Notes: a model not told the origin generated them from the letters alone. A stretch of DNA of 63,845 bases, filler included, from Hyphochytrium catenoides (GCA_900088475.1; 8 parts of 8 records of this genome joined end to end with filler, not necessarily neighbours in it), one strand, 5' to 3'. Positions 50,200 through 62,083 are shown, counted from the first letter of the whole stretch. Numbers and translations: made by a program.

Positions 50200-52601
50200 A
50201 TGGTGAGCTGTAGCTACGACACAAGGAGCAGACACGCAGACCAGATCTGGACATTCCACACCGCGTGTCCTGGGGGCGTACTGTACGAGGTTGGAGGTTG
50301 ATGTGAGTGTCTGTTGGTTTCTGCCCTTGAGATCTTACTCCTCTGTCTCAGTCACTCATCACCCGGCGCTCGCCCGCCTTCCTCGCCTGCGCGCTAGAGC
50401 CTTGGGCCGTCCCAGCTGCGGCGCACGACGGCCATGAGCGGCATAATAGAGGCAGTGGAAGATAGCCGATATCTAGGTCGCAGTTGTAAGCACTCTCGCT
50501 CTGACAATCCGTCATCCTCTGGTGGGATGGTGGTTATCCTGTCTCACGTTAAGTGCTCGACTGAGCTGACTCTGGCTGTTGAGCAGTCTGTATGTCACCT
50601 CTCATGTCTGGTGCTGGAAGAGGAGGGGGAGAACACACAGCTTACTTTGATGGAAGGAGAAATTGGAGAAAGCAGTTAAGTGGGATATTGCCGTTGTTGC
50701 TTTCCGCCCGTGTCTGACTCGATGTACCGAAGGCTCAGGACATGACGGGGATCCAGTCGTTCTCATCTGCATTCGGTCACCAGAGGGCGGACCAGCGGTA
50801 CGGCTTCAATAACTAGATTGCACCTCTGCTTCCCCCTCCGTCTTCCTCTAAGTAACCCTCTGTTTCGGTTTCTGCGTCCCCGCTTGTTGTCTCCAACGAG
50901 ATCAACGTCTCGTCTCTTAGGTCTCTTGACCTGCCCATCGTTCTTCCTCCACAAGCTAGATTTAAGTGCAGGCGGTCTCTTGGTGTCCTTTAATCAAAAG
51001 CACCCAGCCTCCTTGGTACCAGTTCTAACTACAGCTTTGTGTCGCTGCAGCCCTCCTGTCTTAGTAACACCCGCGTGAGAGACGTTGAGCTGCTCCTGGA
51101 CTTCTGTCGGGATACTTTTCCTCAGACAAAGAAAAATCCGATACTTCGCCGTGAGGATGAGGAGAGTGATGACAGCAGTGACGAGGAGGAGAAAGGAGAA
51201 GATCGAAGAGATAAGAAAAGTATGGGGGCCGGTTGTGAAGACGTTCCTGATAATAGGGCACATTCTCTACGACGGATACACGCTTCCCAGAGCGCTAGGT
51301 GAGCCATAGTACGCAGATGTTTCTTACTGAAGGAGGTGATCCTGGCGATCCACCAGCGGAAGATTGAAGAAAGAGAAGAGAGACGGGAAGAGTTATACAA
51401 GTTGGGAAAGTTAGCGAGAAAGAAGAGCCAAAGAGAGAGAGATTGTGTCTGGGATGTCACAGAGAGAGTGGTGGTGAGGGACAGCAGCGTGAGAGAGGGA
51501 TAAAGAGGCCGACATCTAGCATAAAAGGGAGGACCAGCATCTCCACTGCTCTGGGCCTGACCAAACTTGGAATCCTGTTTGTCATACTACAGCAGAGCAG
51601 ACCAAGGGAGTGAAGCTTCCCGTTCCGGCTCTTCTATTCTCACCTTTCTGGGGAACTTCAACTCTTTTTCCTCATTGTGTTCTTCGGTTTCCCTCTCTAT
51701 GTCGCTCCGGACGGCGCTCACTGCCAGTGGCTTGACTAGTGAATACAACTATATCCTTGTGCCCACACTACCGCCGAGAGAGGCAGGAGAGGGGCGGCCA
51801 AAGTCAGACCTGAATCGGCGGTTCGTGGTGGGCTACCAGCATCAGATGGCTGAAGAGGTAATAGGCTACTGGAGTAGAGGAACAAGGAGACCTGCTGCAG
51901 CGACAATGTTGCTGCCAATGTTTTCTCTGCTTTGTCACGAGACCCCTTCTGCATTGCTGACAAGACTCGCCCCACTCTCTCTCAGGGCTTTCTCTCTGTT
52001 CCCATGAAGGGGATTAGTCCTACTTCGGCGTGCATTGCCTGGGATCAGTGCATTATTTCTGCAAACACGAAACGGATTCCAGGCGCGAGAGGAGGAGGGA
52101 AGACGGCAGAGGAGATGGAACGGGAGATGCGCATGAGGCATGCATCCGGCTCGTTTACAACCATCGTTCCGCCCTCTAGGAAGTGGAGTGACGTGAGCAA
52201 TGTTCTCAAAGAGAAGCTGGATTTGAAGTGTGACATTAACGTAAGGCTCTGATACCTGACCCCGTCTCTCTTTCTGTGGTATTGTTCGGTCCCTCTTCTG
52301 AAAGGACAGCACTTCAGCTCAGCCTCTTTGGCCGGATTTAGTATCTCTCAACTCCAAAGCCACCTTCATTGTTCTCGCGACTCGAGAGCACACTTCTCAT
52401 GACCTGAGGTTGATGCAGGTTGCGATTTACGATTCATGGTCGCCTTTATTGCATAGCCCTAGATATTGGCTGCATCTCTTGAGCCCTTTTTGGTATCTGA
52501 CTTGCCATTTCATCGCTCAGACCTTGCGAATCCGGAAAATTGCCGCCTCCGAGTGCGCCGATGACGTCTGGATTGAAAAAGAAAGAGGAAGAAAGGACTG
52601 A
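50200..52601 (+). CDS. Hypothetical multi-exon protein, no recognisable domain
   Basis: A chain of open GT-AG-bounded segments, e.g. PSCLSNTRVRDVELLLDFCRDTFPQ..., EVILAIHQRKIEEREERREELY, ILTFLGNFNSF...EYNYILVPTLPP, ...VSNVLKEKLDLKCDIN|DSTSAQPLWPDLVSLNSKATFIVL...|TLRIRKIAASECADDVWIEKERGRKD*. 5' exons uncertain. Confidence 0.55.
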
Positions 52602-52831
52602 GCATGACCTTCTTTTGACTGGCAACGTCGCTTTGTTTCTATTTATTTTTCTAAAGAAACGTTCTGGTGAGGGGAAGAGTGGGAGTTCTGCTTCTCTTCC
52701 AGTGAAAATAAATACGAGTTCAGAACCGCAGAGCGATTCGCAGTCACGGAGACAGGAACCAGTGGGAGACATCTAAGGAATGCAATAGAAGAATGTGATC
52801 GGGAATTGATGATCTGCGCTCTTGGCAATCC

Positions 52832-54770
52832 TTAGAAAACTCCTGGTGCATTCTGGCCACAGCTCTCGCACGTGAGGAAGGAGAGAAACCAACCGCTAGA
52901 GAGAGCAAAGAGCAACACCAGCAGGGACAGCAAGCAGTTTCGCTGTCGCCTCAACTGGCAGGATGAGCGCAAAAGATCAATGCATTAGCTCTACGGGGTG
53001 GAGAAGAAGATACTTCAACGGTCATTAAGGCCAATCCAGACAAGTCAAAGTTCCCTACCCGCTGAGCTTGTTTGGGAGTGGTGACGGAGAGTGGAGTGAG
53101 GGGTCTCTGCGTTCTATGTACGGATTCTCTCTTCTCCTTTTCGAGTCGGGCAGTAAACTCATTCTCCAGCTGTTGGCGCTGACGGTCAAGGTCTTCCAAT
53201 CTCTACGCATGAAAGGTCGCCCAGCAGTGAAAAAGATTAGAGGTAGCATGGTATCTAGTGTGCAAAGATAGGAGACGCCAAGCATGTCGTGCCTTTACTT
53301 TGCGATTCCTCTTTCTCCCTCAACTCGTGTCGGACCAAAAACTGACCTTCGTGCGTTGTTCTTCTAGAGCCGCAGCCAGATGATGGGTGCGGTCTACCTC
53401 CTCCTGAAGCTCGTGCTGAAGCTTATCGACCTGATTCTTAAGCTCAAGCAGAGCCTCCTGCGTGTCCTCTTCTTGTTTGTGTCCCCTCTCACGTTCAGAC
53501 TGAACAGTTAAATCGAGATTAGATCTTACGTAGTGAAGGGATTAGGCTAGCCTGTAAGTTTGGAAGAAGGAGAAGACGGAACTACGAGTCAATCGTGGAG
53601 TGATTGATTACCTGCGGTCGAGGTTTTAGCAGCTTCTCTAGGTCCTCTAATCGCCTTTGAGCGCTTTCCTAAAGTTAATCAAGAACATAACAGATAGGAC
53701 CGCCACAGACACGAAGATCAGCTCGGCACAACTGGTTTACGAATAAAGGAGACTCAGGTTCAGAACCAGGTGGTAAGTGTGTGATGTCTCTCTTTGGGAG
53801 AGAGAGCGGAACGTATTATCCAAGGCGCACGTGCCACACAACGCCTCAAGCACAGCCAACATTGACAGCATTAGTATGGAAGGTCTCCTCCCAACATTGA
53901 GAGCTCATACACCTCGTCGTACAGCACTTTAAGTCCTATTCATGGACGCTCGCCTCCCCTACTGTTTCCTCTTTGCTTCACCTCCTTCCTCCCCCTGTGT
54001 CCACCACTCTACGAGAAACGACTAAGAAACTTACATGCTCATCGCGCAGTGCACTGTTCTCAGTGGCGAGCTCCTGATTGGTTTGCTAAGGAACAGGGAC
54101 CCCGAACGAGAGAAGGGAAGGGGAGAGAGTCACTTTGGAGTAAGAAACTTGGTTCGTCGCCGGCCGAGGGCTACAGGCATAGCTGAAAACAAGATGAAAC
54201 TCTTCGCAACACTCTTTCCCATCCTCTTCATACCTCCATCTCTAGCAGCCTTCTCTCCACAGCTTCAACTGCTTCACGGTCAATGAGATTCCGGGTCGTA
54301 TCAAGAGCTTCCAAGACCTAGTAGAGACAATTGAAAGCAGGTGTAACGAACAAGACACTATTTTGGTGCCAATGATAATGTAACGTTCGAGTATGCCACA
54401 TCCACTCTTTTTTGTTTCAAGTAGCTGACGATAGTAACTCATCCGGATGAGGACATGAGGTAGAAAAAACTTCTCCGACTAGAAAGGACAAGCGGCTACC
54501 GAGGATGGGAGTAAGGTGCCAGGTCAAGAAGGAAGGTCATCAACAAAGCTGAAAATGTCTTCTGTATCTGAAGCCTACCCGTTCCTCTCCCAATGCAGTG
54601 CCGAACCGTAGGAGTTCGTCCATGAGCTGCTTGATGGAAGGGCTTCCTCGAACAGATGAAGAGGTATCGGGAGGTGGCGGTAAATGTGTTGGTGGCGGGG
54701 ACTCCAGGGAGGAGAGAGACGAGGCAACGTTTGCATGCTTATTCAAGCCTGGTGTTTTGTGCCCTCCTAG
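52832..54770 (-). CDS. Tail-anchored coiled-coil protein (golgin- or KASH-like architecture), 5' end unresolved
   Basis: Phase-0 exons ...ESAQRRLEDLEKLLKPRPQ|SERERG...LLELKNQVDKLQHELQEEVDR...|RLEDLDRQRQQLENEFTARLEKEK...AQR|LRRQRNCLLSLLVLLFALSSGWFLSFLTCESCGQNAPGVF* (stop 52832-52834). Confidence 0.7.
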
Positions 54771-55159
54771 TAACAGGGAGAGAGAAAAGTAACGGAAAGT
54801 GTGACTGTCAGGACGACGAAGGTCTTCATCACTCTTCTTGCATCAATCTTGAGAACAAACAGCCCTCTGTTAACCGACCTTTGCCACCTAATGAAAGAGC
54901 ATTTTATGACTCCACGGACCTGTTGTAGATACCATTTCGATCTCTCCTATATAAACTCTGCGCGTCTCTCTTTCTCTCTTCTTCGTCTCTCTCTCGCCCT
55001 CCTCCCGTCCCTCCCCCTCCTCCCATCCCTCCCCCCCTTTNNNNNNNNNNNNNNNNNNNNNNNNNNNNNNNNNNNNNNNNNNNNTTAATTAATTAANNNN
55101 NNNNNNNNNNNNNNNNNNNNNNNNNNNNNNNNNNNNNNNNAAGGGTGCGCAACTTAGTC

Positions 55160-55700
55160 GGGCAGTGAAACTCCGGGGGTAGCACCACATCCGAGCTCCT
55201 CGTGACCTATTTGCGCACACTGCAGCAATTGTTTGCCTGGCCCCGCCCTCTTGTTATCGTATCGAGTGACCAGACAAGTGCTGGACGAGTGCAGGTTCAC
55301 GTTTCTTTCGTCCTCTCTCCGCGTTGATGAGGACTGCCGGTGCCAGATCCGGCACAAATAGTAGTGGTTGTTGACGTACAGTGAGAGCCTCACCAGGGGA
55401 CATTCTCCGAGACAGAGGGCGTCGCTCAATTACGACTCGTTGGCCTCGGAGGGAAGAGTCACCCTTTCGTGTTGCAGCTCTCGCGCAGTCAATCTCTGCA
55501 TCCTTGGGTTGGCCTTGTCAATCTTGGGACTGTCGAGCCATCAGGAGGGCTTCAGACCTTGTTAATAAGGGAGGGCCCGGTGACTCTGGTTATTGGTACT
55601 GTTCACCTGGAGATCCTCCAGCTGTTGAGGAGTGGCGATGGCTTCAGACCTTGGTGTTAGGGCCAGTGTCGATGGCTCTGTGTTGGTTGTACTGCTGGCT
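55160..55700 (-). mobile_element. Possible decayed LTR-retrotransposon gag fragment
   Basis: LQCAQIGHEELGC (degenerate CCHC knuckle) downstream of RALPY*QGLKP (gag-like 'f..GLkp'). Stops and frameshifts. Confidence 0.35.
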
Positions 55701-56769
55701 GCCAAACGTTTGTGCTTTGTTTTGTTCTGCTTTTGGTTCCTCGATGGGAAAATGGAAAGTGAGGTCTGACTGTCGAGGAGGTGTAACTGAACAGGAGGCA
55801 TGCTTTCAAAGGGCGACGTCTCCGCATCCTTTCCATTCGCTTGCAAAGGAGAGAAAGATGCGAGAGATCAAGAGAGATTAGGGGAAGATGGTTTGGAAAG
55901 ACGGAGACATAACAAGACTATAGAGTAAGAGACAGAGAGGTAGCGCACTAAAGGGTAGTGGTGAGCAGTATAGCTTGGGCCTTGCTGACTTCTGTGGAGA
56001 TTTCTTCTTGAGTCGTAGTAAGGACCATAAGCCTAGTGGGCTCACCAAGCTGCTTAACAGATGCGGCGCTTCCTGAGAGACAATAATAATGCTAGCTATA
56101 AGGGATGTGGAAAGCAGAAAAAGATGCCATTTCGTTGCCGAATTCCCTCATCTTCTCGCTCCGTTCATTGCCTTCCAACCCTCTCGCTTCTCCCAGTAGT
56201 ACTACTTGGAATAACAGCAAGCAAGAGTGGCTTAGTTTTAGCTCCCGACGACGGTAAGTCTATGCTTTCCTGGCAGCCCTTGATGACTAGGAAAGGAATC
56301 CCACAGAGAGAGAGTCGGATACGCAAAGGGAGGTATGGAAGGATGAGTCTTGGTCGCTAGGTAGCATGATGTAGAGCTCTCGGAACGGTAGTGGTGGACG
56401 TAGTAGTAGCAGTAATAAAGGATTGTCTGGCACGTAAGCGTACCGAGACGATCTGATAGCTTGCTCTCAGGATGCTAGTAATAGGCGCGGGCAGATCAGT
56501 CGGTGCTGCAACGGCCATCGGTTGGAGATATATCTTCCTTGCCCTGCTGGGATCCAAGATGTTTATACCCTGTGCGGATGAGAAGAGAGATAAGGACCTA
56601 ACAATAACGGGAGATGACAGAGATGGAGCGAGAGAAGTCTCCTGCCTCACCTATTTTTCTTGTGAAACTAGAAGCCCATTAATAATAGCAGCAGTTAGTC
56701 CAGACCGAACAGAAAGAGCGACTATGAGAGAGAGAGAGTGGCGAGAGAGGCGGAGAGTTAAAGGGATGG

Positions 56770-56805
<36 letters not shown>

Positions 56806-57219
56806 AAGGGCGACAGAGAACAAGACCAGCGGAAGAGGAGGAGAGAGGATACAGCTCAGGGAAAAAATTGGTAGAAATTGGTGTGCGCAAAGAACAGACA
56901 GACAGAGGAGAGAGAGAGAGAGAAGGGGAGAGCATGTATTAAGATCTTGTCTGCCTTCGCCGTCCCTTCCTCCCTCCTCCCTCCCCTCCTTCTCCCNNNN
57001 NNNNNNNNNNNNNNNNNNNNNNNNNNNNNNNNNNNNNNNNTTAATTAATTAANNNNNNNNNNNNNNNNNNNNNNNNNNNNNNNNNNNNNNNNNNNNGCCT
57101 GTTACTCCTGGTGAAAAGCTACCCAAGGCAGACTCTCTCTCTACACTGACTTCTGTAGAGGAGAAAGACCCATCCTCGCACATCAAGACAGCAAGAAGAG
57201 CACCATAAAAGTCTGCCAG

Positions 57220-57500
57220 ATGCCGAGACCCAAATTGAAATTTATTGATGTCAAACACTGTGTGGTTAGAGATCAGGTGAATCGCAAAGTATTGGCTGCA
57301 ACACTGTCCAACCAAGAAGATGTCTGCCGACATTCTCACGAAGGAGTTACCAGCACCTCAGTTCCGAGAACTTCTTCCGCAACTCGGAATTGTCCCCTCC
57401 GCTTCCGTTGTAAGACAAAGTCTACTTTCCGGGGAGGACAAGGCGGAGACCGACAGACACTCAGGAAGTCTGGACCTGCGGGGAGGAGGTGTTGAGAGCA
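57220..57500 (+). mobile_element. Ty1/Copia RNase H end + polypurine tract + start of 3' LTR (decayed)
   Basis: KFIDVKHCVVRDQV...(frameshift) ADILTKELPAPQFRELLPQLGI matches the Copia RNase H end 'KHIDvr.hfvRe...ADilTK.L....F..l...lG'. Followed by purine tract GCGGGGAGGAGG (57478-57489) and TGTTG (57490). Confidence 0.85.
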
Positions 57501-57779
57501 GAAGCTGGCAAAGCTCTAAAAGGCTAACAGTTCCAGACTCTATCTGACGAGAGGAAGAAGGCACAAAACAAAGTGTTTCAGAGCTATGATAACTAGGTTA
57601 TTATCATTAGGTAAGTCATCAGGTAACGTCAAGAAGTAGTAACTGGGTCTAGTAGTCTATACGAGACACAGTTACTCTCCAGAATAACTAGACAACGTGA
57701 TAACTAGGAAACAAGGTCCCATAAGCCCTTCATACTCACTCTGAGCATATCAGTAGACCACGTAACCTAAATATGTGTC

Positions 57780-58340
57780 TTCAAATCTCATACAGTATAA
57801 CAGTCTGGGACCTCTTCATTTGCTTGTCCCGTGCCTACCGAAAGGTGAATATCGGGATCTTCATGGTCTTCAAGTTCCTGGAACTGTTTGATGAAGTTTA
57901 CAGAGATGGGTGGCAATGCCTGAAGCTTCTGTATGAGCACAATCTAGATGCAATGATAACAGAGGGACTTGGTATTGATGTGTGTGAAGATTTCTCTGAA
58001 TGATCACTCCGTCCTGAGAGCCTGGTCTGGACTCGAGATCTTTTGCTCGGCCCAGCTTCCCTCATCATCTCTCTCTCCTCTGCTGCTCCTGTGTTCTTTT
58101 GGAAATTCTTCTCACATCCCTCTTTCCCATAACACAGGTGTACCCGTAACGTCTAAGTCCCGCAGAGCTAGGTGTGTATAGAGAGTGACTACTGTACTAC
58201 TGACAACGAACATAGTAGCACTCAACACTGTTTCTCTGTGGTATCCGCGAGATATCATTTGGGTCGGAGTTGCCAGAGCCGTCCGTCCGCAAGTGGCTCA
58301 AGAATATCAAACAGCAGTGAGTCACTTCTTAGATGTTGAC
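57780..58340 (-). mobile_element. Possible Copia gag remnant, opposite orientation
   Basis: LADGRLW; EASGIATHLCKL; FIKQFQELED...VPDCY loosely resemble Copia gag (UBN2-type) motifs. Heavily disrupted. Confidence 0.25.
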
Positions 58341-58611
58341 TTGTGGAGTACTTGGGAAATTGGAAAGTGAGATTAGATGAAGTGGCGGCCGGACCATAAG
58401 ATGCGGCCTTATCCGCATCCGAGGACTCGGATGCCTCACAGCCACCCATTTAGATGGTGGTCTAATAATTGCCATAGATAATACTAGCAGCTAACTATGC
58501 TCTTGTAATGGCGATATCTCAGCAACTAGAAAGAGTTAGTAGCTGGGATTTGGACGGTATAAGGACTGCCGTCCATACTACCGGACCCCACATCCAATAA
58601 TTGCGACTGAC

Positions 58612-58766
58612 CTGCCTCGTTCTTTTGGGCAGATGCATTGGCCACCGCAGTTCATGTGATCAATCGCTGTCCTACTGCTTCACTCGATGGCTCTACCTAC
58701 TACGAACAGTGGTACGGCAAGCCGCCTGATGTTGGTCAACTACGCGTCTTTGGTTCACCTGCGTAG
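58612..58766 (+). mobile_element. Ty1/Copia integrase C-terminal fragment (frameshift + stop)
   Basis: LPRS/FWADALATAVHVINRCPTASLDGSTYYEQWYGKPPDVGQLRVFGSPA* matches Copia 'LP..fWaEA..tA.y..NR.P....tpye.w.G.kP.l..lrvFG'. Confidence 0.88.
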
Positions 58767-58982
58767 TATGTTGAATTATATGCTTGCGTGAAGTATTCTC
58801 CGTTCTCCGTTTCCACCAAAACGGGCAAAACGGAGAACGGCGGAGAACGGCTGAGAACGGCGCTTTCCCGGACTTTTGTGTTTTTCACTTGACTGAAGAC
58901 ATAATTATGACAACGCTATCCCCATTTTCACATTACTGTGCCAATTTTGCCTACAGAGAATTAGGAAGTGGTTAGCAAACAT

Positions 58983-59351
58983 GGAGATCAGTCTTTATAC
59001 TAGGCAGAGGTGAAAACGGAGATCAGTCTTATTAGTGGCGGAGGCAAAACAGAGATCAGTCATTATATTAGGCAAAGGCAAAAACGGAGATCAGTCTTTA
59101 TACTAGGCAACGGCAAAAACGGAGATCAGTCTTTGTATTAGGCAGGTGGGAAATCAGTCTTAATATCAGTGGCGGAGGCAAAAACGGGGATCAGTCATTA
59201 TGTTAGGCAAAGGAAAAACGGAGATCAGTCTTTATATTAGGCAAAGGGAAAAACGGAGATCAGTCTTTATATTAGGCAAAGGCAAAACGGAGATCAGTCT
59301 TTATATTAGGCAGGTGGGAATCAGTCTTAATACTAGTGGCGGGAGGCAAAT
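58983..59351. repeat. ~28-37-bp minisatellite array (11 units, core GGAGATCAGTCTTTATATTAGGCAAAGGCAAAAAC)
   Basis: Eleven ATCAGTC-anchored units read directly; variant units recur in order. Confidence 0.92.
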
Positions 59352-59699
59352 GTTGGATTATATGGGATGATTGGACAATGTCATTAGATGAGAGTGCTCT
59401 ANNNNNNNNNNNNNNNNNNNNNNNNNNNNNNNNNNNNNNNNNNNNTTAATTAATTAANNNNNNNNNNNNNNNNNNNNNNNNNNNNNNNNNNNNNNNNNNN
59501 NAGGACGAGAGAATGGGTAGGAAGGGAAAATGAGAGCCAAAGAAGGGGAGAGAACAACAAAGAAAGAGAGGGACGAAGGGGGAAAAGAGGTAGAGAGAGA
59601 GAAAAGCCCCAGAGACGAAGAGAGAGAGAGCCGGGGGGGAAGAGAGAGAGAGAGAGAAATAGAGAGAGCCTCAACACTCGCTCAGTTCCGTTTGTCTAC

Positions 59700-60314
59700 C
59701 TTTTGAAAAGAAGTATCATCTGTGATGTCGTACACCAGCACCGCGCCATCTGCACAGAGAGAGAAGAGATTGTGTGAGAGAGAGAGATACCATAGATTCA
59801 AACAAAAAAGAGAGAGAGACAGAAAGAGCGATTGGGTGAAAGAGAGAGAGAATTCGTGTAAGCGAGAGAGAGAAAGAGAGACGAAAAGAGGAGACAGATT
59901 AGGGGCTGAGCAGAGAGAAGAAAGTGGCAGTCTCAAAAAGGGATCAAGCAGGAAGGGAGCATGCAGATGGAGAGAGGACGCGAGAGAGAGAGAGAGAGAG
60001 AGAGAGAGACTCGTCATCCCAGCCCCTCACTCCCACTTTCTTTCTCTCTCCCTCTCTCTTTGTCTCTTCACCTCTGTCTCCATCTCTCTCTTCTCTCTCC
60101 TGAGACTCTCACCTGCGTCTCTGTAATAGATCGGACCCAGCGCATGGAACCGCTCCTGTCCCGCCGTATCCCAAATAGATAGATGTACATTCTAAATGAG
60201 GAATAGAAAACAGCTCAGATGAAGAAGAGAGAGAGAACGAGAGAGAGAGAGAGAGCGCGCGCCAGAGAGAGCGAGCGAGAGAGAGAGAGAGAGAAAGAGA
60301 CCGAAGAAGAGAGA

Positions 60315-60355
<41 letters not shown>

Positions 60356-60560
60356 AGAGGGAAAGATACAAGGAAATGAGAATGAAAGGGCGAACGAGGC
60401 GGAAGAGAGAAGAGAAAGGAACAAAGCGAGGAGACGAAAGAGAGGGAGCAACGAGGCAAGAGAGGCCGGACATAGAGAGAAGAAAGAATAGAAGAAACAT
60501 GCAGAAGATAAATGAGAGACAATCATGAACTTCACAACAAAGGAGAAGGGAAGAGAGAGG

Positions 60561-60598
<38 letters not shown>

Positions 60599-60749
60599 CT
60601 CACACTTCCCTCGAGGACCATCTTCTTATCAAGGTAAGACGCCTGAATCGTGGACACTTGCTTATCATTCCATTCTCCCTTTATATATCGCAGCAATATT
60701 GAAGTCTTCCCCACACGCCCTGCGGAGAGAGAGAAAGAGAGAGAGAGAG

Positions 60750-60815
<66 letters not shown>

Positions 60816-60906
60816 CCATCAGAACGAGACACAACTTCGAGTAAAGAAAATAAAAAGAGGAGGACTCAATGGCCAGGAGAAAGTGTGAACGAGCTCATCA
60901 TTTCTA

Positions 60907-60943
<37 letters not shown>

Positions 60944-60951
60944 CATCTCTC

Positions 60952-60990
<39 letters not shown>

Positions 60991-61092
60991 CTGCTCTGGC
61001 CCCCTCTCTCTTTCTGGGTCGCGTGAATGTTTTCTCTCACCTTCTCCCAAGAGAACAATCTTGAGCTTCCTTGCCGGCGCCGCTTGTGCCAT
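59700..61092 (-). CDS. RAB21: Rab21-like small GTPase (exons 61092-61041, 60719-60604, 60191-60113, 59749-59700; 3' part lost at the scaffold end)
   Basis: [17 protein letters not shown]|[39 protein letters not shown]|[26 protein letters not shown]|[32 protein letters not shown] and [10 protein letters not shown] are Rab21-type motifs. Splice phases are consistent. Confidence 0.93.
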
Positions 61093-61377
61093 TGTACTGG
61101 CGGGAGGAAGGAAGGTGCTTTCTCTCTTCTCTCCCTTGTCTCAGCAGCTTTCTCTTTATCTCTCTCTCTCTCTCTCTTGAGTTTCTTCACTGGCGCCTTG
61201 CCACCTAAAAAAAGCAGGCCTGAGATGCAATCGCGCAAGAGAGAGAAAGGCGAAAGACAAATAGAAAGCAAGAGCGATTGGAGACAGAGAGAGAGAGAGA
61301 GAGAGAGAAGAGAGGAGCGAGGAGAAAGAGAACTGAGCACCCAGAGAAACAGAAAGGGCCAGGAGAGTTGAAGGAGA

Positions 61378-61429
<52 letters not shown>

Positions 61430-62083
61430 AACTACTCACGACTAGCGGCATTATGGCCAAGAGAGACGTGTTCCAGTCCCGGACGGACAGAGAGAGAGAA
61501 GAGAGAGACTATGGACAGAAAGGAAGAGAGAGAGAGTCAATCTCTCTCGCGTATGTTGTCTCTACAGCCGTCTAGTGGGACTCTCTTTTTCTCTCTCTCT
61601 CTCTCTTCCCCTTCGTAGGTATCTTCTATATCTTGCGATGTCTGTTTCCTTTCCTCGAAGACAGATTCTCTCTTCTTTCCTGCCCTTCTCTCTCTTTCCT
61701 CTTCCTCTTTTCTCTCTGTTTCTCTCTCTCTCTCTCTCCCGCAGCTAGCGCTGCTTTCTGAAGCTCTCTAACAAGTATCAGACGATGATCTTCACTCTTC
61801 AAGTGTACATTCACACAGAAGCTCTCTCTCTCTCTCTCTCTGTTCTCTCTCTCTCTCTGCTCTCTCTCTCTCGTTTCTCTTTTCCTCTCTCTCTCTCTTC
61901 TGTCTCTCAGTATCGGCTCTCCTCGCTCTTTTATGTTCTCGACTCTCTCTCTCTCTCTTCCTCCCTCCCCCTTTTCTGGTCGTATCATAACTATTCTTCA
62001 TGTCTTTCTCTCTCTTTCTTTCCTACCGTCCTTTCTCTCTTTCTTCACCTTGTGTCTCTGTGCGTGTCCTTCATGCTTTATTC

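Noticed and set aside
58983-59351. CRISPR array
   Set aside because: The 'spacers' are variants of one another, unit lengths are irregular, there are no cas genes, and the context is eukaryotic TE DNA.
29423-61092. Rab21 + PRA1 + coiled-coil tether as a trafficking gene cluster
   Set aside because: The genes lie on different scaffolds separated by artificial linkers, so the proximity is not real.
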